From assembly GCA_958295495.1 (NCBI GenBank), contig OY282352.1, forward strand, positions 3,224,548 through 3,288,547: 64,000 nt of DNA. The letters run 5' to 3'. The DNA comes from an uncultured Latescibacterota bacterium (lineage in GTDB: Bacteria; Latescibacterota; UBA2968; UBA8231). Within the stretch, counting starts at the first letter, position 1. Each line of letters begins with the position of its first letter. The notes under the pieces are model-generated. The model searched no databases. It saw only the letters and a list, made by a program, of their open reading frames with translations, and had not been told where the DNA came from. This document shows, piece after piece, positions 44,741 to 54,693 of the stretch. A program made the translations under genes and the position numbers.

Positions 44741-45763
44741 TCAGAAAGTTAAAGGACGAAACTGCAACTCCGTCCCATCCTCCGCCTCCACCGTCGTCCG
44801 CAGCCGGCGAGGGCGCACCACAGAGGCCGACCGGGGCACCCCGTTTACCCACACTCGGGGAGAATTGCACCAGGCCGTCGGCACCTCCACTTCAAAGGTC
44901 AACTCCCGGCGCTCAACCCGGACAGGCAACGCCTCATAGCGGATTCGGTATCGTTGTTCGCGAGCCGTTTCGGCCACGGTTTCGACCACGGCGTGCCGTC
45001 GGCACAAGTGATAGGAGACGACCTCTTCGGGCACTGCGCACCAGACTTGGTCACCGCCCTCTTCGATGATCGTCTGCAAACGCAGGCGCAATTGCGCTTC
45101 CGAGCAGTCTTTGCTGGGGTGAACGGCCTGTTCCAACGGGCAGTGGCAGTAGTCGATAATCCAACCCTTGGCCTCTTGGGCTAGCAGAATATGGCGGAAC
45201 GGGTCGTAAGCACTGTAAAAGGGTGCCTCATAGCGCTCGTGCAACGGCGTGCGATTGAGGTAGTACAATTCATCGCCCGCCGCGTTCACCCCATCCGTTA
45301 TGCTCATGGCGCCCAAGTAACCGAGTTGGCGACAGGCGTCCAGCACATAGTCGGACATATTTTCATTGCCGTTGGGGGCGCAGTACAGCAGCACAGGAGC
45401 GCCAATAGCCTGTTCTATAACATCGCGAGACAGGCGGATTTCTTGGTCGACCATATCGGGCCTGATAAAGTGGTGACTCCAGCCGTGGCTGCCCACGCCC
45501 CAGCCGCGGGCGAGCAAATCCTTGAGCTCATCGCCATTCATGTGCCGGTAGCCGTTGAAGCTGGAAGTGCCGATATTGCGGATTTCGCCGATCTGCTGGG
45601 CCACGGCCTCTACGTGTCCGGGAATGCCGAATTCCTCATGATGGGGAATGGCAAAGCGGTGTAGATCGGCCAGCGCCTCGTCGTAGGTAATCGAATAGAC
45701 CCAGTTCTTGCCGTATTTCCAGTCGCAGATGCACAGGGCCCTAGTTTCGTTGTCTTTGTTCAT
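44741..45763 (-). CDS. Polysaccharide deacetylase (NodB-homology / CE4) family protein, paralogue 2
   Basis: 340 aa with CICDWKYGKNWVYSITYDE...WGVGSHGWSH. It is collinear with 43442-44437 over the full length. Confidence 0.7.
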   Translation of the reverse strand: MNKDNETRALCICDWKYGKNWVYSITYDEALADLHRFAIPHHEEFGIPGHVEAVAQQIGEIRNIGTSSFNGYRHMNGDELKDLLARGWGVGSHGWSHHFIRPDMVDQEIRLSRDVIEQAIGAPVLLYCAPNGNENMSDYVLDACRQLGYLGAMSITDGVNAAGDELYYLNRTPLHERYEAPFYSAYDPFRHILLAQEAKGWIIDYCHCPLEQAVHPSKDCSEAQLRLRLQTIIEEGGDQVWCAVPEEVVSYHLCRRHAVVETVAETAREQRYRIRYEALPVRVERRELTFEVEVPTAWCNSPRVWVNGVPRSASVVRPRRLRTTVEAEDGTELQFRPLTF

Positions 45764-45770
45764 CTACGCT

Positions 45771-46577
45771 TTATTTATTTAGCGTTGCAACGGCGGTCTG
45801 GAAATCCGCCCATGTGGTGGAATAACCTACGGCTATTTCAAAGCGGTGAATGCCATAACGCGTGGCCAGACGCTCGGGAAAGGTATCGGGCGTTTCCACG
45901 CCCACCGTGCCGTCCCGCATGAGAATACAGCGGTAGCCCGCCCGCAGCATGGGGCGGCCCCCTCCCTCTGAGTTGAGAATGCACATATCTGCGGCAAAGC
46001 CCGTATAGATGAGGGTCTCGACGCCGCGCTCTTGCAAGTATGCGTCGAGCTGGTCGGTGTAAAAGACGAGGGGCTCGTCCCCCATCGCCTCGACGATTTT
46101 GGCCCTTTTCATGCGCGCAGCGGGCGATTTGGCCAGATCGATGCCGGTCGATCTTTTTTCGATGGTTTGGAATTCGCCGGTGCGGGCGATGGCCCAGCGG
46201 TCCGACTGGTGCCGTAGAGAGGCCGCGTAGCGCTGGTTTTCCGGGGTGCGGCGAGAAGGCACTTGGGGGTAGTGCTCGTCAAAATCCTCGGGCTCGACGT
46301 GGCACACCGGCATACCGAGTCGCCGGGCGATATCCATGGCCGGCCGGATCACTTTTTTCATAACGCGCCAAGATTCTTCGATGGCCTGAGGCCAGCCCAT
46401 GCCCGTGACGTAGTTGACGTCGATTTCAGGGCCATCCGGCAGCCCCACATTCCAGCAGTGCAAACCAATGAGCGCCGTGCGTTCTACTGGCAACTCGAAG
46501 ACGTCCTCTGCGTAGCCGGCTTTGTCTATGGGCAGGGCGCGGTAATGGCGAGTCTTGAGTTTGAGCGTCTTACTCAT
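45771..46577 (-). CDS. Isochorismatase-like cysteine hydrolase family protein
   Basis: 268 aa. The LIGLHCWN and LIYTGFAADMCIL blocks resemble the isochorismatase fold (Asp/Lys/Cys triad region). Confidence 0.5.
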   Translation of the reverse strand: MSKTLKLKTRHYRALPIDKAGYAEDVFELPVERTALIGLHCWNVGLPDGPEIDVNYVTGMGWPQAIEESWRVMKKVIRPAMDIARRLGMPVCHVEPEDFDEHYPQVPSRRTPENQRYAASLRHQSDRWAIARTGEFQTIEKRSTGIDLAKSPAARMKRAKIVEAMGDEPLVFYTDQLDAYLQERGVETLIYTGFAADMCILNSEGGGRPMLRAGYRCILMRDGTVGVETPDTFPERLATRYGIHRFEIAVGYSTTWADFQTAVATLNK

Positions 46578-46582
46578 CGGAC

Positions 46583-47842
46583 CTACCCCTCCCGATTTCG
46601 GTCCGCCACTTCTTCGACGATGGCCGCGATCATCTCTACGTGTTCATCTTCCCATTTTTCGGTAATCGAGCAGGTGCGGACCCAGTTTTCGAGAAAAGCC
46701 GAGGCCGTAGGGCAAGTAGCAGAACTGTAGTGATGCACACGCGAGGCCGGCGGCCGCGAAAACGGGTACTTGTTGGCGTCCACATATTCCTGGAGAAAGG
46801 TGAGGGCAGCGGGCATCAGGTAATACTTGCCTTGGCCGGCTCCATTTATTCCGGCTTCTAGTACTTGGGTGGCAAACTCCTCGCCCGTGCATTTGAAGGC
46901 CTCTGAGTCGATGCTGAAGCTGGACATCCAAGCGGAGTATTTGGTGACGTAGTCGGGAATGGGCAATGGCGTAATGCCGGGAATAGAGGAGAGCTTCTCC
47001 GTGATCAGACGCACGGTGCGGTCGATCTTGTTTACCTGAGCGCGGATGGTCTCCAGTTGACCTAGGCACAGCGCCGCGGTCATGCGGCTCATATCGTAGG
47101 CATGACCAAAGGCCGTGTGGGTGCGGCCGAAGTGGGGCACATCCACCCCGGCGCGGCCCGAACTGAGGAAGCGCACTTTTTCCGCTAGTTCGTCATCGTC
47201 AGTAGCGATGCAGCCCCCTTTATCCGAGCTGAAGGTTTTCTCCGAATCCAGAGAGAAGGCCGAGGCCGTCCCCAGGGTGCCGACGACGCGCCCCTTGTAT
47301 TCGCTGAATATGGCCTGACAGATGTCCTCGTAGACGATCAGTCCGTGTTTGGCGGCCAATTCGTTGATCGGATCCATATCGTTGGGCAGGCCACATTTGT
47401 GTACCGCCAGAATTGCCCGCGTGCGCTCGGTGATGCAGGGCTCTATGGTCGCGGCACTGAAATTGACCGTGCCCGGTGCCGTATCGGGAAAAACGGGAAT
47501 ATAGTTGTGCATGAGCACGCCGTAGACGGTGCCGTAATCGGTGAGCGGGCTGATGATGACCTCGTCGCCGGGATCGAAGTCAAAGGCCAGCGCCAGGGCG
47601 GCCATGGCCGTGGTGCAGGTGGGGGTGGCGATGCAGTGCTTGACGCCCAGTTCTGCGGCGAACGCCTGCTCGAACTTGCCCACTGAATCGCAGCTTAGCC
47701 CCGAATCCAATACCTCCTGTACGTACTTTAGACTGTTGGGCGAAATGGTGCGGGGAAAGAGAGGAGGCACGATGCCTTCGTTGCTGTGGGCGTCGGCCCC
47801 GCGCTTGGTGGGCTTGTGAGCCGGTGCTGGTTGCTGGGACAT
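46583..47842 (-). CDS. DegT/DnrJ/EryC1/StrS-family PLP-dependent aminotransferase
   Basis: 419 aa with FEQAFAAELGVKHCIATPTCTTAM, DEVIISP and AFSLDSEKTFSSDKGG (Lys region). Confidence 0.8.
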   Translation of the reverse strand: MSQQPAPAHKPTKRGADAHSNEGIVPPLFPRTISPNSLKYVQEVLDSGLSCDSVGKFEQAFAAELGVKHCIATPTCTTAMAALALAFDFDPGDEVIISPLTDYGTVYGVLMHNYIPVFPDTAPGTVNFSAATIEPCITERTRAILAVHKCGLPNDMDPINELAAKHGLIVYEDICQAIFSEYKGRVVGTLGTASAFSLDSEKTFSSDKGGCIATDDDELAEKVRFLSSGRAGVDVPHFGRTHTAFGHAYDMSRMTAALCLGQLETIRAQVNKIDRTVRLITEKLSSIPGITPLPIPDYVTKYSAWMSSFSIDSEAFKCTGEEFATQVLEAGINGAGQGKYYLMPAALTFLQEYVDANKYPFSRPPASRVHHYSSATCPTASAFLENWVRTCSITEKWEDEHVEMIAAIVEEVADRNREG

Positions 47843-47968
47843 TAGACTCTCCTATGGGGGCCAAACATATATCGCTTTGAATCGCCGCATTCTTTTCGGT
47901 CGTTGCGACCCAACTTATCCCTTTTGTCTCTCGGGTGTCAAGTCTTGCCGATCTCAAGTGCGGCTGCC

Positions 47969-48784
47969 CTATGGCCGTTCGCGCTCAGCTTGCTTTAGAT
48001 GTTGAAAATCCCGCAATAACCGCTGACCTTCTTCCCGGCGCCCCTGTTTGAGATAAAGCTGAGCTAGACGGTAGTGGGTGGAAATGTGGCGGGGATCTCT
48101 TTTGAGCGCTTGCTGGTAGAAATAAGCGGCCTCTGTTTGCTCTCCCTGCTTCTCCAGGACGGCGCCTAGACGGCAATAGGGATCGGCAAATTCGGAATTC
48201 ACCTGAATAGCCTGCTGGAAATAGCTTCTGGCAGCTTCCAATTCGTTTTCTCGCTCACTGACCAGCCCTAGATCATAGTAAATTTTTGCCCGTTTTACTC
48301 CCAACTCAAGAGCGCGTCGATAGGCCTTCTTGGCTTCGGCATAATCGCGAAGATCCATGTAGGTTTTTCCGAGATGCATGAGGAAAATCCCATTCTCGGG
48401 CGCTTGGGCGATGGCCCTTTTGTAGTACGGAATGGCTTTCCCCGATCTTCGCTGCAGCGCATAGGCCAAACCGATCTGGTCCAGGGCCCGGGCAAAATCT
48501 GGCTTCAGATGCACTGCCTGGCTGAATTCTCCAACCGCTTCTTCATACTGACCATTCTGCAGGTAGGTCCGACCGCGACGATAGTAAACCTCGGCAGCAA
48601 TCTGCTCCTCTTGTGCGACCTTTAACGGTTGGGGTTTGCCTTCCTTTTGCACGGTTTTTCGTTCTTTTTGACCGCAGCCGATCCATCCCCAACTGCCCAT
48701 AAAAAGAGCTAGGAGCAGCCCCAGCAGACGGTCGCGTCCGGTGCGGTTCCGCGATACTCTTAGAAGCCGTTGCTGATGCGCCAA
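47969..48784 (-). CDS. TPR-repeat lipoprotein
   Basis: It has a TTG start and the lipobox GSWGWIGC. About 6 TPR units are visible (AxxYYRRG..., A...Y...A...P). Confidence 0.75.
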   Translation of the reverse strand: MAHQQRLLRVSRNRTGRDRLLGLLLALFMGSWGWIGCGQKERKTVQKEGKPQPLKVAQEEQIAAEVYYRRGRTYLQNGQYEEAVGEFSQAVHLKPDFARALDQIGLAYALQRRSGKAIPYYKRAIAQAPENGIFLMHLGKTYMDLRDYAEAKKAYRRALELGVKRAKIYYDLGLVSERENELEAARSYFQQAIQVNSEFADPYCRLGAVLEKQGEQTEAAYFYQQALKRDPRHISTHYRLAQLYLKQGRREEGQRLLRDFQHLKQAERERP

Positions 48785-48960
48785 GGTTTACGCGCCCTTT
48801 TTTTAGAAGCCTCCCGAATTATCCTTAGGGAGGTTCTCTATTATGGCTTATAGCGCAAAAATCTAAAGATTCCGTCGGTCGGCTCAAAAAGTTGACGCGC
48901 TGCGCGGTTAGAGAGCCGACAGCTTGCACCAGATACCTCTACAGAGTATCTATATTTCTC

Positions 48961-50514
48961 ATGTGGACATTGAACTGGGTTAAATCGAAGCGGGCCATCC
49001 CCGCCCTGATAATCGCTCTGACCACGACCGTTGGTGCCCAACCGAGCGCGCCGACCGATACCACTATCGCGGGCCGCAGCTACACCCTGCTTGAGGCCGG
49101 GGAATTAATGGACCTCTTGGGCACGGCCCATGACCATAGCCGCCTTGCTTTGCGGCAAACAGCCGTAAAGGGTCGCCTCTCCAGCTTAGCGGCCAATCTC
49201 GACACTGTGCGGGCGGCGCTGGAATTGGCCGATGTGCTTTTCCTCGACGAAGTTTTGCTGGCCGAGGTTGTTTTTCTCGGTCCGGTGATCTTTTCTCGTA
49301 CTACCTTTGCCGCTGACCTTTCCCTAGCTGAAGCGCAATTCTTGCAATCCTTTGCCCTGCGAGAATGCGAGCTAAGGCAAAAAACCAACCTTAGAGATGC
49401 TCGCTTCGCCGCCATGGCCGACTTCACCCAAAGTCACCTCGGTGCCATATTTTCCTGCGCCGGAGCCCACTTCAGCGACGCCACTTTCGCGCGCCTTCGC
49501 TGCGAGGGCGGTGCCTATTTTGAGGACGTTCTTTTTGCCGGTCCGGTCGACTTCAGCGACGCCCGCTTTGCCGGTGTCGCCTCGTTCAAAACAGCGCGCT
49601 GGCGCGCTCCCGTCTCCTTTGCTGGGGCGCGCTTTCTGGATCGGTCTTTTTTTTGGCAAGCCCAATTCGCCGCCGCCGATTTTTCCAGCGCCCGCTTTGC
49701 CGGGAAAACCTCGTTTAAGCAAGCCGCTTTCGCGCATCGGGCGGCTTTCGCAAATATCGCTTTCGCCCACTCTGCCCACTTTGAACAAGCCCGTTTTGAC
49801 GACGGAGCTGTCTTCGACGGCAGCATCTTCGCAAAAGAAGCGGTCTTTACCGGCGTCCACAGCGACAACGATCTCCAGCTCAATGCCCTTTTTCGCATCA
49901 GCCTCGACTTGCGCCACCTAGTCACCCCCAGCTTGGATCTGCGGCCTTCCGCTACCATGCCCGACTCGCTGCTGGCCCCTAGAGCCCAGCTCTTGCTGCA
50001 AAACGCGCGTTTCCAGCGCCTGTTCTCCACTTGGGATCATTTGCGCGGCCACTTAGCCCAGCCCCCGGAGCAGGCCAACTACGATCTGGATCGCGTCTAT
50101 GCCGGCCTGCGCCATCAGTTCCTCATCTCCGGCATGGTCGCCGATGCCCGCGGCTGTTATATAGAGTCGCTGGATCGCCGTCGCCACCACCTGCCCTGGA
50201 CCTCTACCGAGCGCTACGCCCTCATCGCCTTTGACCTGAGCTCGCGCTACGGCACCGACTTGGAGCGCCTAGCCCTAGTCGCTTTGGCTTGGGTGGCGCT
50301 CTTTGCCCTGCTATACCGTTGGTTGCTGATAGATGATCGTCGGCTGCCCTTGGTGGAGTGCCTGCTTTTCAGCCTGCATACTTTTTTTATTGCGGGCGCA
50401 GCATCAGTGCGTCCCCATGGCAAATTGCGCTTCTTGGTCCTGTTTCAGGCCCTTTCCGGCTGGCTCTTCTGGGGCCTTTGCACTGCCGTCCTCCTCTCCT
50501 TTTTACTGCGCTGA
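48961..50514 (+). CDS. Pentapeptide-repeat protein with C-terminal transmembrane segments
   Basis: A long run of A(D/N)(L/F)xx-type pentapeptides is present (ARFAGVASFKTARWRAPVSFAGARFLDRSFFWQAQFAAADFSSARFAGKTSF...). Two or three hydrophobic helices lie at the C-terminus. The start is chosen at MWTLNW. Confidence 0.7.
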   Translation: MWTLNWVKSKRAIPALIIALTTTVGAQPSAPTDTTIAGRSYTLLEAGELMDLLGTAHDHSRLALRQTAVKGRLSSLAANLDTVRAALELADVLFLDEVLLAEVVFLGPVIFSRTTFAADLSLAEAQFLQSFALRECELRQKTNLRDARFAAMADFTQSHLGAIFSCAGAHFSDATFARLRCEGGAYFEDVLFAGPVDFSDARFAGVASFKTARWRAPVSFAGARFLDRSFFWQAQFAAADFSSARFAGKTSFKQAAFAHRAAFANIAFAHSAHFEQARFDDGAVFDGSIFAKEAVFTGVHSDNDLQLNALFRISLDLRHLVTPSLDLRPSATMPDSLLAPRAQLLLQNARFQRLFSTWDHLRGHLAQPPEQANYDLDRVYAGLRHQFLISGMVADARGCYIESLDRRRHHLPWTSTERYALIAFDLSSRYGTDLERLALVALAWVALFALLYRWLLIDDRRLPLVECLLFSLHTFFIAGAASVRPHGKLRFLVLFQALSGWLFWGLCTAVLLSFLLR

Positions 50515-50517
50515 TTC

Positions 50518-52167
50518 ATGTTCCGCTGCGTCTGTGTCCTTTTCCTCCTATGGCTGGTGGCCTGTATCCGGGAAGAACCGACGCAGTCCCTGCGCTTTGT
50601 CGACGTCGCCCAGACGGCCGGTCTTGACTTTGTACACTACAACGGTGCCGAGGGCGACTATTTCTACGTAGAGACTTTTGGCTCGGGAGCTGCTTTCTTG
50701 GACTACGATGGCGACGGCTGGCAGGATATCTATCTGGTCAACTCCACTTATCTCACCGGCCTGGCCCCCGAGCCCCTGCCGACCGATAAACTCTACCGCA
50801 ACCGGGGCGACGGTCGCTTTGACGCCGCTCCCGGCAGCGGCGATAGCGGCTACGGCACGGGTGTGGCCGCGGCCGATTGGGACAACGACGGCGACCAGGA
50901 CTTATACGTGACCTGCTTTGGTCCCAACGCTTTGTACCGCAACGATGCGGGAAAATTCACCGACAGCGCCAAACGGGCGGGCGTCGCCGATGGCCGATGG
51001 GGTGCCAGTTGCGGTTTTCTAGACTACGACTTGGACGGTGACCTCGATCTCTTCGTCGCTAACTACGTGGACTTCACTACAGCCAACAACATCGTCTGCA
51101 AGCGCGGCGATATCCACACCTACTGCGACCCGGACGAATACGGCCCAACGAGCGATCTGCTCTACCGCAACGACGGCCAAAGCCAATTCACCGACATCAC
51201 CTATGAGGCGGGCATCACATTAGAGGGCCCTGGTTTGGGCGTGGCCTTTTCTGACTACGACTGGGATGGGGATACCGATATCTACGTGGCCAACGACGGT
51301 ACGCTAAACTTCCTTTATGAGAACCACCAGACCCACTTCGTCGAAACAGGTCTGACGACTGGGGGCCGCTACAACGAGGCCGGCCGCGCCGAGGCCGGCA
51401 TGGGCGTGGACTTTGGCGACTGGGACAACGACGGCAACCAGGACCTGTTCGTCACCAATTTCGCCCACGAGACCAATACGCTCTACCACAACGACGGCCA
51501 GGGCCAATTCGCCGATATCAGCGCTGGCGTCGGCCTCTTCGAGCCCAGCTACAATCCCCTCGGTTTCGGCACTAAATTCCTCGACGTCGATCTGGACGGC
51601 GACCTCGATCTCTTCGTCGCCAACGGCCACGTCCTCGACATCGTGGAACAGATTGACTCTACGCTTAGTTATGCCCAGACCAACCAGATTTTGCGCAACG
51701 AGGCCAACGCCTGGGATGCAGTCTCCACCGAGCCGAATCCCAGAAAATTTGTCGATATTTCCCCCACTTTGGGTCCCAGTTTTGCCACCCCCAACGTCGG
51801 GCGCGGCGCGGCCTTGGCCGACTACGACAACGATGGCGATCTCGATCTGCTGGTTTGCTCTGTGGCCAGCCCCGTGCGCCTCTTGCGCAATGACATTGGC
51901 AGGCAAAACCACTGGCTCCTAGTCGAATTAGTCGGCCGCCAGCAGCGCGACGCAATCGGCACCCTAGTCGCCGTCACGGCTGGGGTCCACCGCCAAGTGC
52001 GGGAACGCCAGTCCGGCGGCAGCTACCTTTCCAGCCATGACCACCGCCTGCACTTTGGTTTGGGCGCCGTTGCTAGGGTGGATATGGAGGTGCGCTGGCC
52101 CGATGGCACTGTGCAGACGCTTGCCGATGTCGCAGCCGATCAGATCTTGCGCCTGGTGCAGCCGTAG
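50518..52167 (+). CDS. CRTAC1-family lipoprotein (FG-GAP/VCBS repeats + ASPIC/UnbV C-terminal domain)
   Basis: The lipobox is LWLVAC. Repeated DYDGDG/DWDNDG/DLDGDLDLFVAN motifs are present. The C-terminus NHWLLVELVG...GGSYLSSHDHRLHFGLG...VEVRWPDG is the UnbV_ASPIC signature. Confidence 0.85.
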   Translation: MFRCVCVLFLLWLVACIREEPTQSLRFVDVAQTAGLDFVHYNGAEGDYFYVETFGSGAAFLDYDGDGWQDIYLVNSTYLTGLAPEPLPTDKLYRNRGDGRFDAAPGSGDSGYGTGVAAADWDNDGDQDLYVTCFGPNALYRNDAGKFTDSAKRAGVADGRWGASCGFLDYDLDGDLDLFVANYVDFTTANNIVCKRGDIHTYCDPDEYGPTSDLLYRNDGQSQFTDITYEAGITLEGPGLGVAFSDYDWDGDTDIYVANDGTLNFLYENHQTHFVETGLTTGGRYNEAGRAEAGMGVDFGDWDNDGNQDLFVTNFAHETNTLYHNDGQGQFADISAGVGLFEPSYNPLGFGTKFLDVDLDGDLDLFVANGHVLDIVEQIDSTLSYAQTNQILRNEANAWDAVSTEPNPRKFVDISPTLGPSFATPNVGRGAALADYDNDGDLDLLVCSVASPVRLLRNDIGRQNHWLLVELVGRQQRDAIGTLVAVTAGVHRQVRERQSGGSYLSSHDHRLHFGLGAVARVDMEVRWPDGTVQTLADVAADQILRLVQP

Positions 52168-52345
52168 GAAGGTACAATACCGTGCTGCTGCGACTGCACC
52201 ACGGCAATCGAAAATAGCCAAACCGTCGCCGCTGTGGGCATGACCCGATTTGCCATCATGGACATTGAGCGCAGCAGTGCCAGCGCCCCATCCGCTGATT
52301 TTATCAAAGCCTGTGAAACCCGTCTCGAAGTATAAGGAGCGAAAT

Positions 52346-53290
52346 ATGCCAGCACTAGAAACGAGAGCTTTTGCCAAAACCGGGATGCAGCCCAAATCTC
52401 TGGGACTGGGCGGGGCTTGGTGGGGTGCGGGAACTGAGGCCGAAGGCATTGCCGGCATCCACCGAGCCCTCGAACTGGGCTTTAATTACTTGGATACATA
52501 CCCCGAACTGGAAACGTGGTGGGGTAAAGCCCTAGCAGGCGGCAGAAGGCACAATATATACCTGCAAGCCAAGGTAACTACTAATGGCCCCCAAGAGACG
52601 ATTTCAGATCACTCGGGGCCGCAGACGCGCCGCAGCGTGGAAGCCAGCTTAAAGCGCTTGCGAACGGACTATCTCGACAATGTCCTCATCCACGGCTACG
52701 ACGAGCCCGAGGATGTTGGCAGCAAGGAGGGCATGGTGGATCCGCTGGCTCCGGGCCATGCCTTGGATGAACTGGTAAAGATGAAAGAAGAGGGCTCAAT
52801 CCGCCACATCGGCATTGGAGCGCGCAATTCGGCCGTGCATCGCCGGGCGCTCGAGACCGGCCAAATAGAAATTTGCCTCACTTATCTAGAATACAACTTG
52901 TTCAATACGGCCGCAGCTACAGATCTATTTCCCCGCGCCCGCCAGTGCCAAGTAGGTCTCATTCTCGCCAGTCCTCTCGGCATGGGGCTGTTGACGGGCG
53001 ATGAAAAAGTATTCGAGCGCTCGGCGGCCTACTTCGACAACCGCGAATACCCCGAACGCAAACTCCATCCGGCGGTCCGCGCCCGGGCTATGTGGGACTG
53101 GTGTCGGAAACGAGACGCGAACATCCGCCATCTGGCCATCCAGTTTTGCTTGGCGGCGCCCATCAGCAGCATTGTCCTGCCCGGTGCGGCTTCAAAGACG
53201 CAGGTCGAAGAAGCCTACGAGGCGGCTACGGCGGATATTTCTCCCGAGATATGGCGCGATTTCGAGCTGGAGTTCGGGGTGGGGATTTAG
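52346..53290 (+). CDS. Aldo/keto reductase
   Basis: ATG 52346 has AAGGAG upstream. It carries the blocks LGLGGAWWG, NYLDTYP and DNVLIHGYD...IRHIGIGA. Confidence 0.8.
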   Translation: MPALETRAFAKTGMQPKSLGLGGAWWGAGTEAEGIAGIHRALELGFNYLDTYPELETWWGKALAGGRRHNIYLQAKVTTNGPQETISDHSGPQTRRSVEASLKRLRTDYLDNVLIHGYDEPEDVGSKEGMVDPLAPGHALDELVKMKEEGSIRHIGIGARNSAVHRRALETGQIEICLTYLEYNLFNTAAATDLFPRARQCQVGLILASPLGMGLLTGDEKVFERSAAYFDNREYPERKLHPAVRARAMWDWCRKRDANIRHLAIQFCLAAPISSIVLPGAASKTQVEEAYEAATADISPEIWRDFELEFGVGI

Positions 53291-53310
53291 GTACTAGGGT
53301 CCATCGGGGT

Positions 53311-54693
53311 CTATCTCTCCGCCAATACCCGGACTGAGAATTTCTGTCGCAGCGCATCCAAGTGCCGACGCTCTTTTTCCTCTCTGGCCAGCCGCTCGGC
53401 CCGCCGTTGCGAAGCCCGATCCCACTGGCCCCCTTCTCGCACTTTGTTTACTACGACAAATACGGAGAATTTGTCGGCCCACTCCATCGGCCCCCCGACG
53501 GCGTTGAGCTCCATACCTTTGGCGCGCTCGTAGCGCATGGATGGCATGGTATATGGGCTGAGCTTTACGCGCCCCCCGCTTGCCCCGACGCCTTGGGAGA
53601 ATATTGGGACTAGTAGCTCTGGGTCGGCACCCCGCGCTATTTCTAGGCGCAAATCTTGGGCCAATTTGCGATTGTGGACCACAATCTCGGTGATGGTGAT
53701 GGCCTCATAGGCGGGAAATTGATCGGGATGACGCGCAAAATAACTTCGCACCTCTGCTGGGGATATGTCGATTTGTTCCAGATAATAGCTCAGGAGTACA
53801 TCCTCGGCGATGGTTCTGAGTTTTGCCTGTAGCTCGGTTTCCTCGTCGATACCATTTTGCCGTCCTGCGGCAAAATAGAGCTCGGAGATACATGCACTGT
53901 CGGGCCCAACGGACGAGGAATCGAACTTGCGAAGGCCAGATGGATTGTTCTTAGCAGTGCCGATGGCGTATTTATGGCTCAGAGAGAGCCCGAGATCCCG
54001 CTCCATCTTTGCCCTGATACGGGAGTGCAGGCCGCGTTCAATAAGCTGCCGCACGGCGATGAGAGGGACGCGCTTTTCATCGAGAACCTTAAAAGCCACA
54101 AAGACTGTATCCGCTTTGATCGGCAGCGGGAGCGCTGGGGAAATGGATCCCACGGGCAGAGCGAACAATTCGTCGGCCACTTGCTCATTGACCTGTCCTT
54201 TGAGCACATAACCGGGGAGGCCCAAAATGGATTTTTCCGCGGCCAAGTCCTCTACCGCGACGGCTTTTGTCGCTCTTGCAGAATAGATAAACTTGAGACC
54301 GCGATTCCCGTTTGCATCATAGTATTCCTGCAAAATATCTTCTGCTGTCACGACGATTTTCGCGTGGACTTGGCGCTCGAGATAAAATTTAATCACCGCA
54401 TCTCGCCGCCGGCGCTCCAATCGGCGCACAAAAACCGAGTCAGCGGCCATACCGACATTGCGGGCCTCTAGCAGTAACAGCCTTCTGGCGATGAGCTGTT
54501 GCAGCGGATCGCTCGTATCGGAGATTGCAGAGCCGACTCTTATAGCTCTTTTTTCTCTCCGCTCCGCAAAGTCGCGAAGGTCTGCCGCAGTGATCTTTTC
54601 ATCCCCGACCAAGGCGATGACCTCCGTCTCGGGCTGGCCGCAGCTAAAAAAGAGCGGGCAAAGGCAGGCGATTAAGCGTTTTAATTTTATCAT
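53311..54693 (-). CDS. SurA/PrsA-like lipoprotein with parvulin-type PPIase domain
   Basis: The start MIKLKRLIACLCPLFFSCG carries a lipobox. A parvulin-like block ITITEIVVHNRKLAQDLRLEIARGADPE...GGPMEW..FSVFVV is present. Confidence 0.6.
   Translation of the reverse strand: MIKLKRLIACLCPLFFSCGQPETEVIALVGDEKITAADLRDFAERREKRAIRVGSAISDTSDPLQQLIARRLLLLEARNVGMAADSVFVRRLERRRRDAVIKFYLERQVHAKIVVTAEDILQEYYDANGNRGLKFIYSARATKAVAVEDLAAEKSILGLPGYVLKGQVNEQVADELFALPVGSISPALPLPIKADTVFVAFKVLDEKRVPLIAVRQLIERGLHSRIRAKMERDLGLSLSHKYAIGTAKNNPSGLRKFDSSSVGPDSACISELYFAAGRQNGIDEETELQAKLRTIAEDVLLSYYLEQIDISPAEVRSYFARHPDQFPAYEAITITEIVVHNRKLAQDLRLEIARGADPELLVPIFSQGVGASGGRVKLSPYTMPSMRYERAKGMELNAVGGPMEWADKFSVFVVVNKVREGGQWDRASQRRAERLAREEKERRHLDALRQKFSVRVLAER

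Noticed and set aside
43422-44939. Two similar + strand ORFs (43422-43643 and 44730-44939) that might look like a repeated small gene
   Set aside because: They are antisense shadows of the C-terminal regions of the two paralogous CE4-like genes, and their similarity simply mirrors that paralogy.
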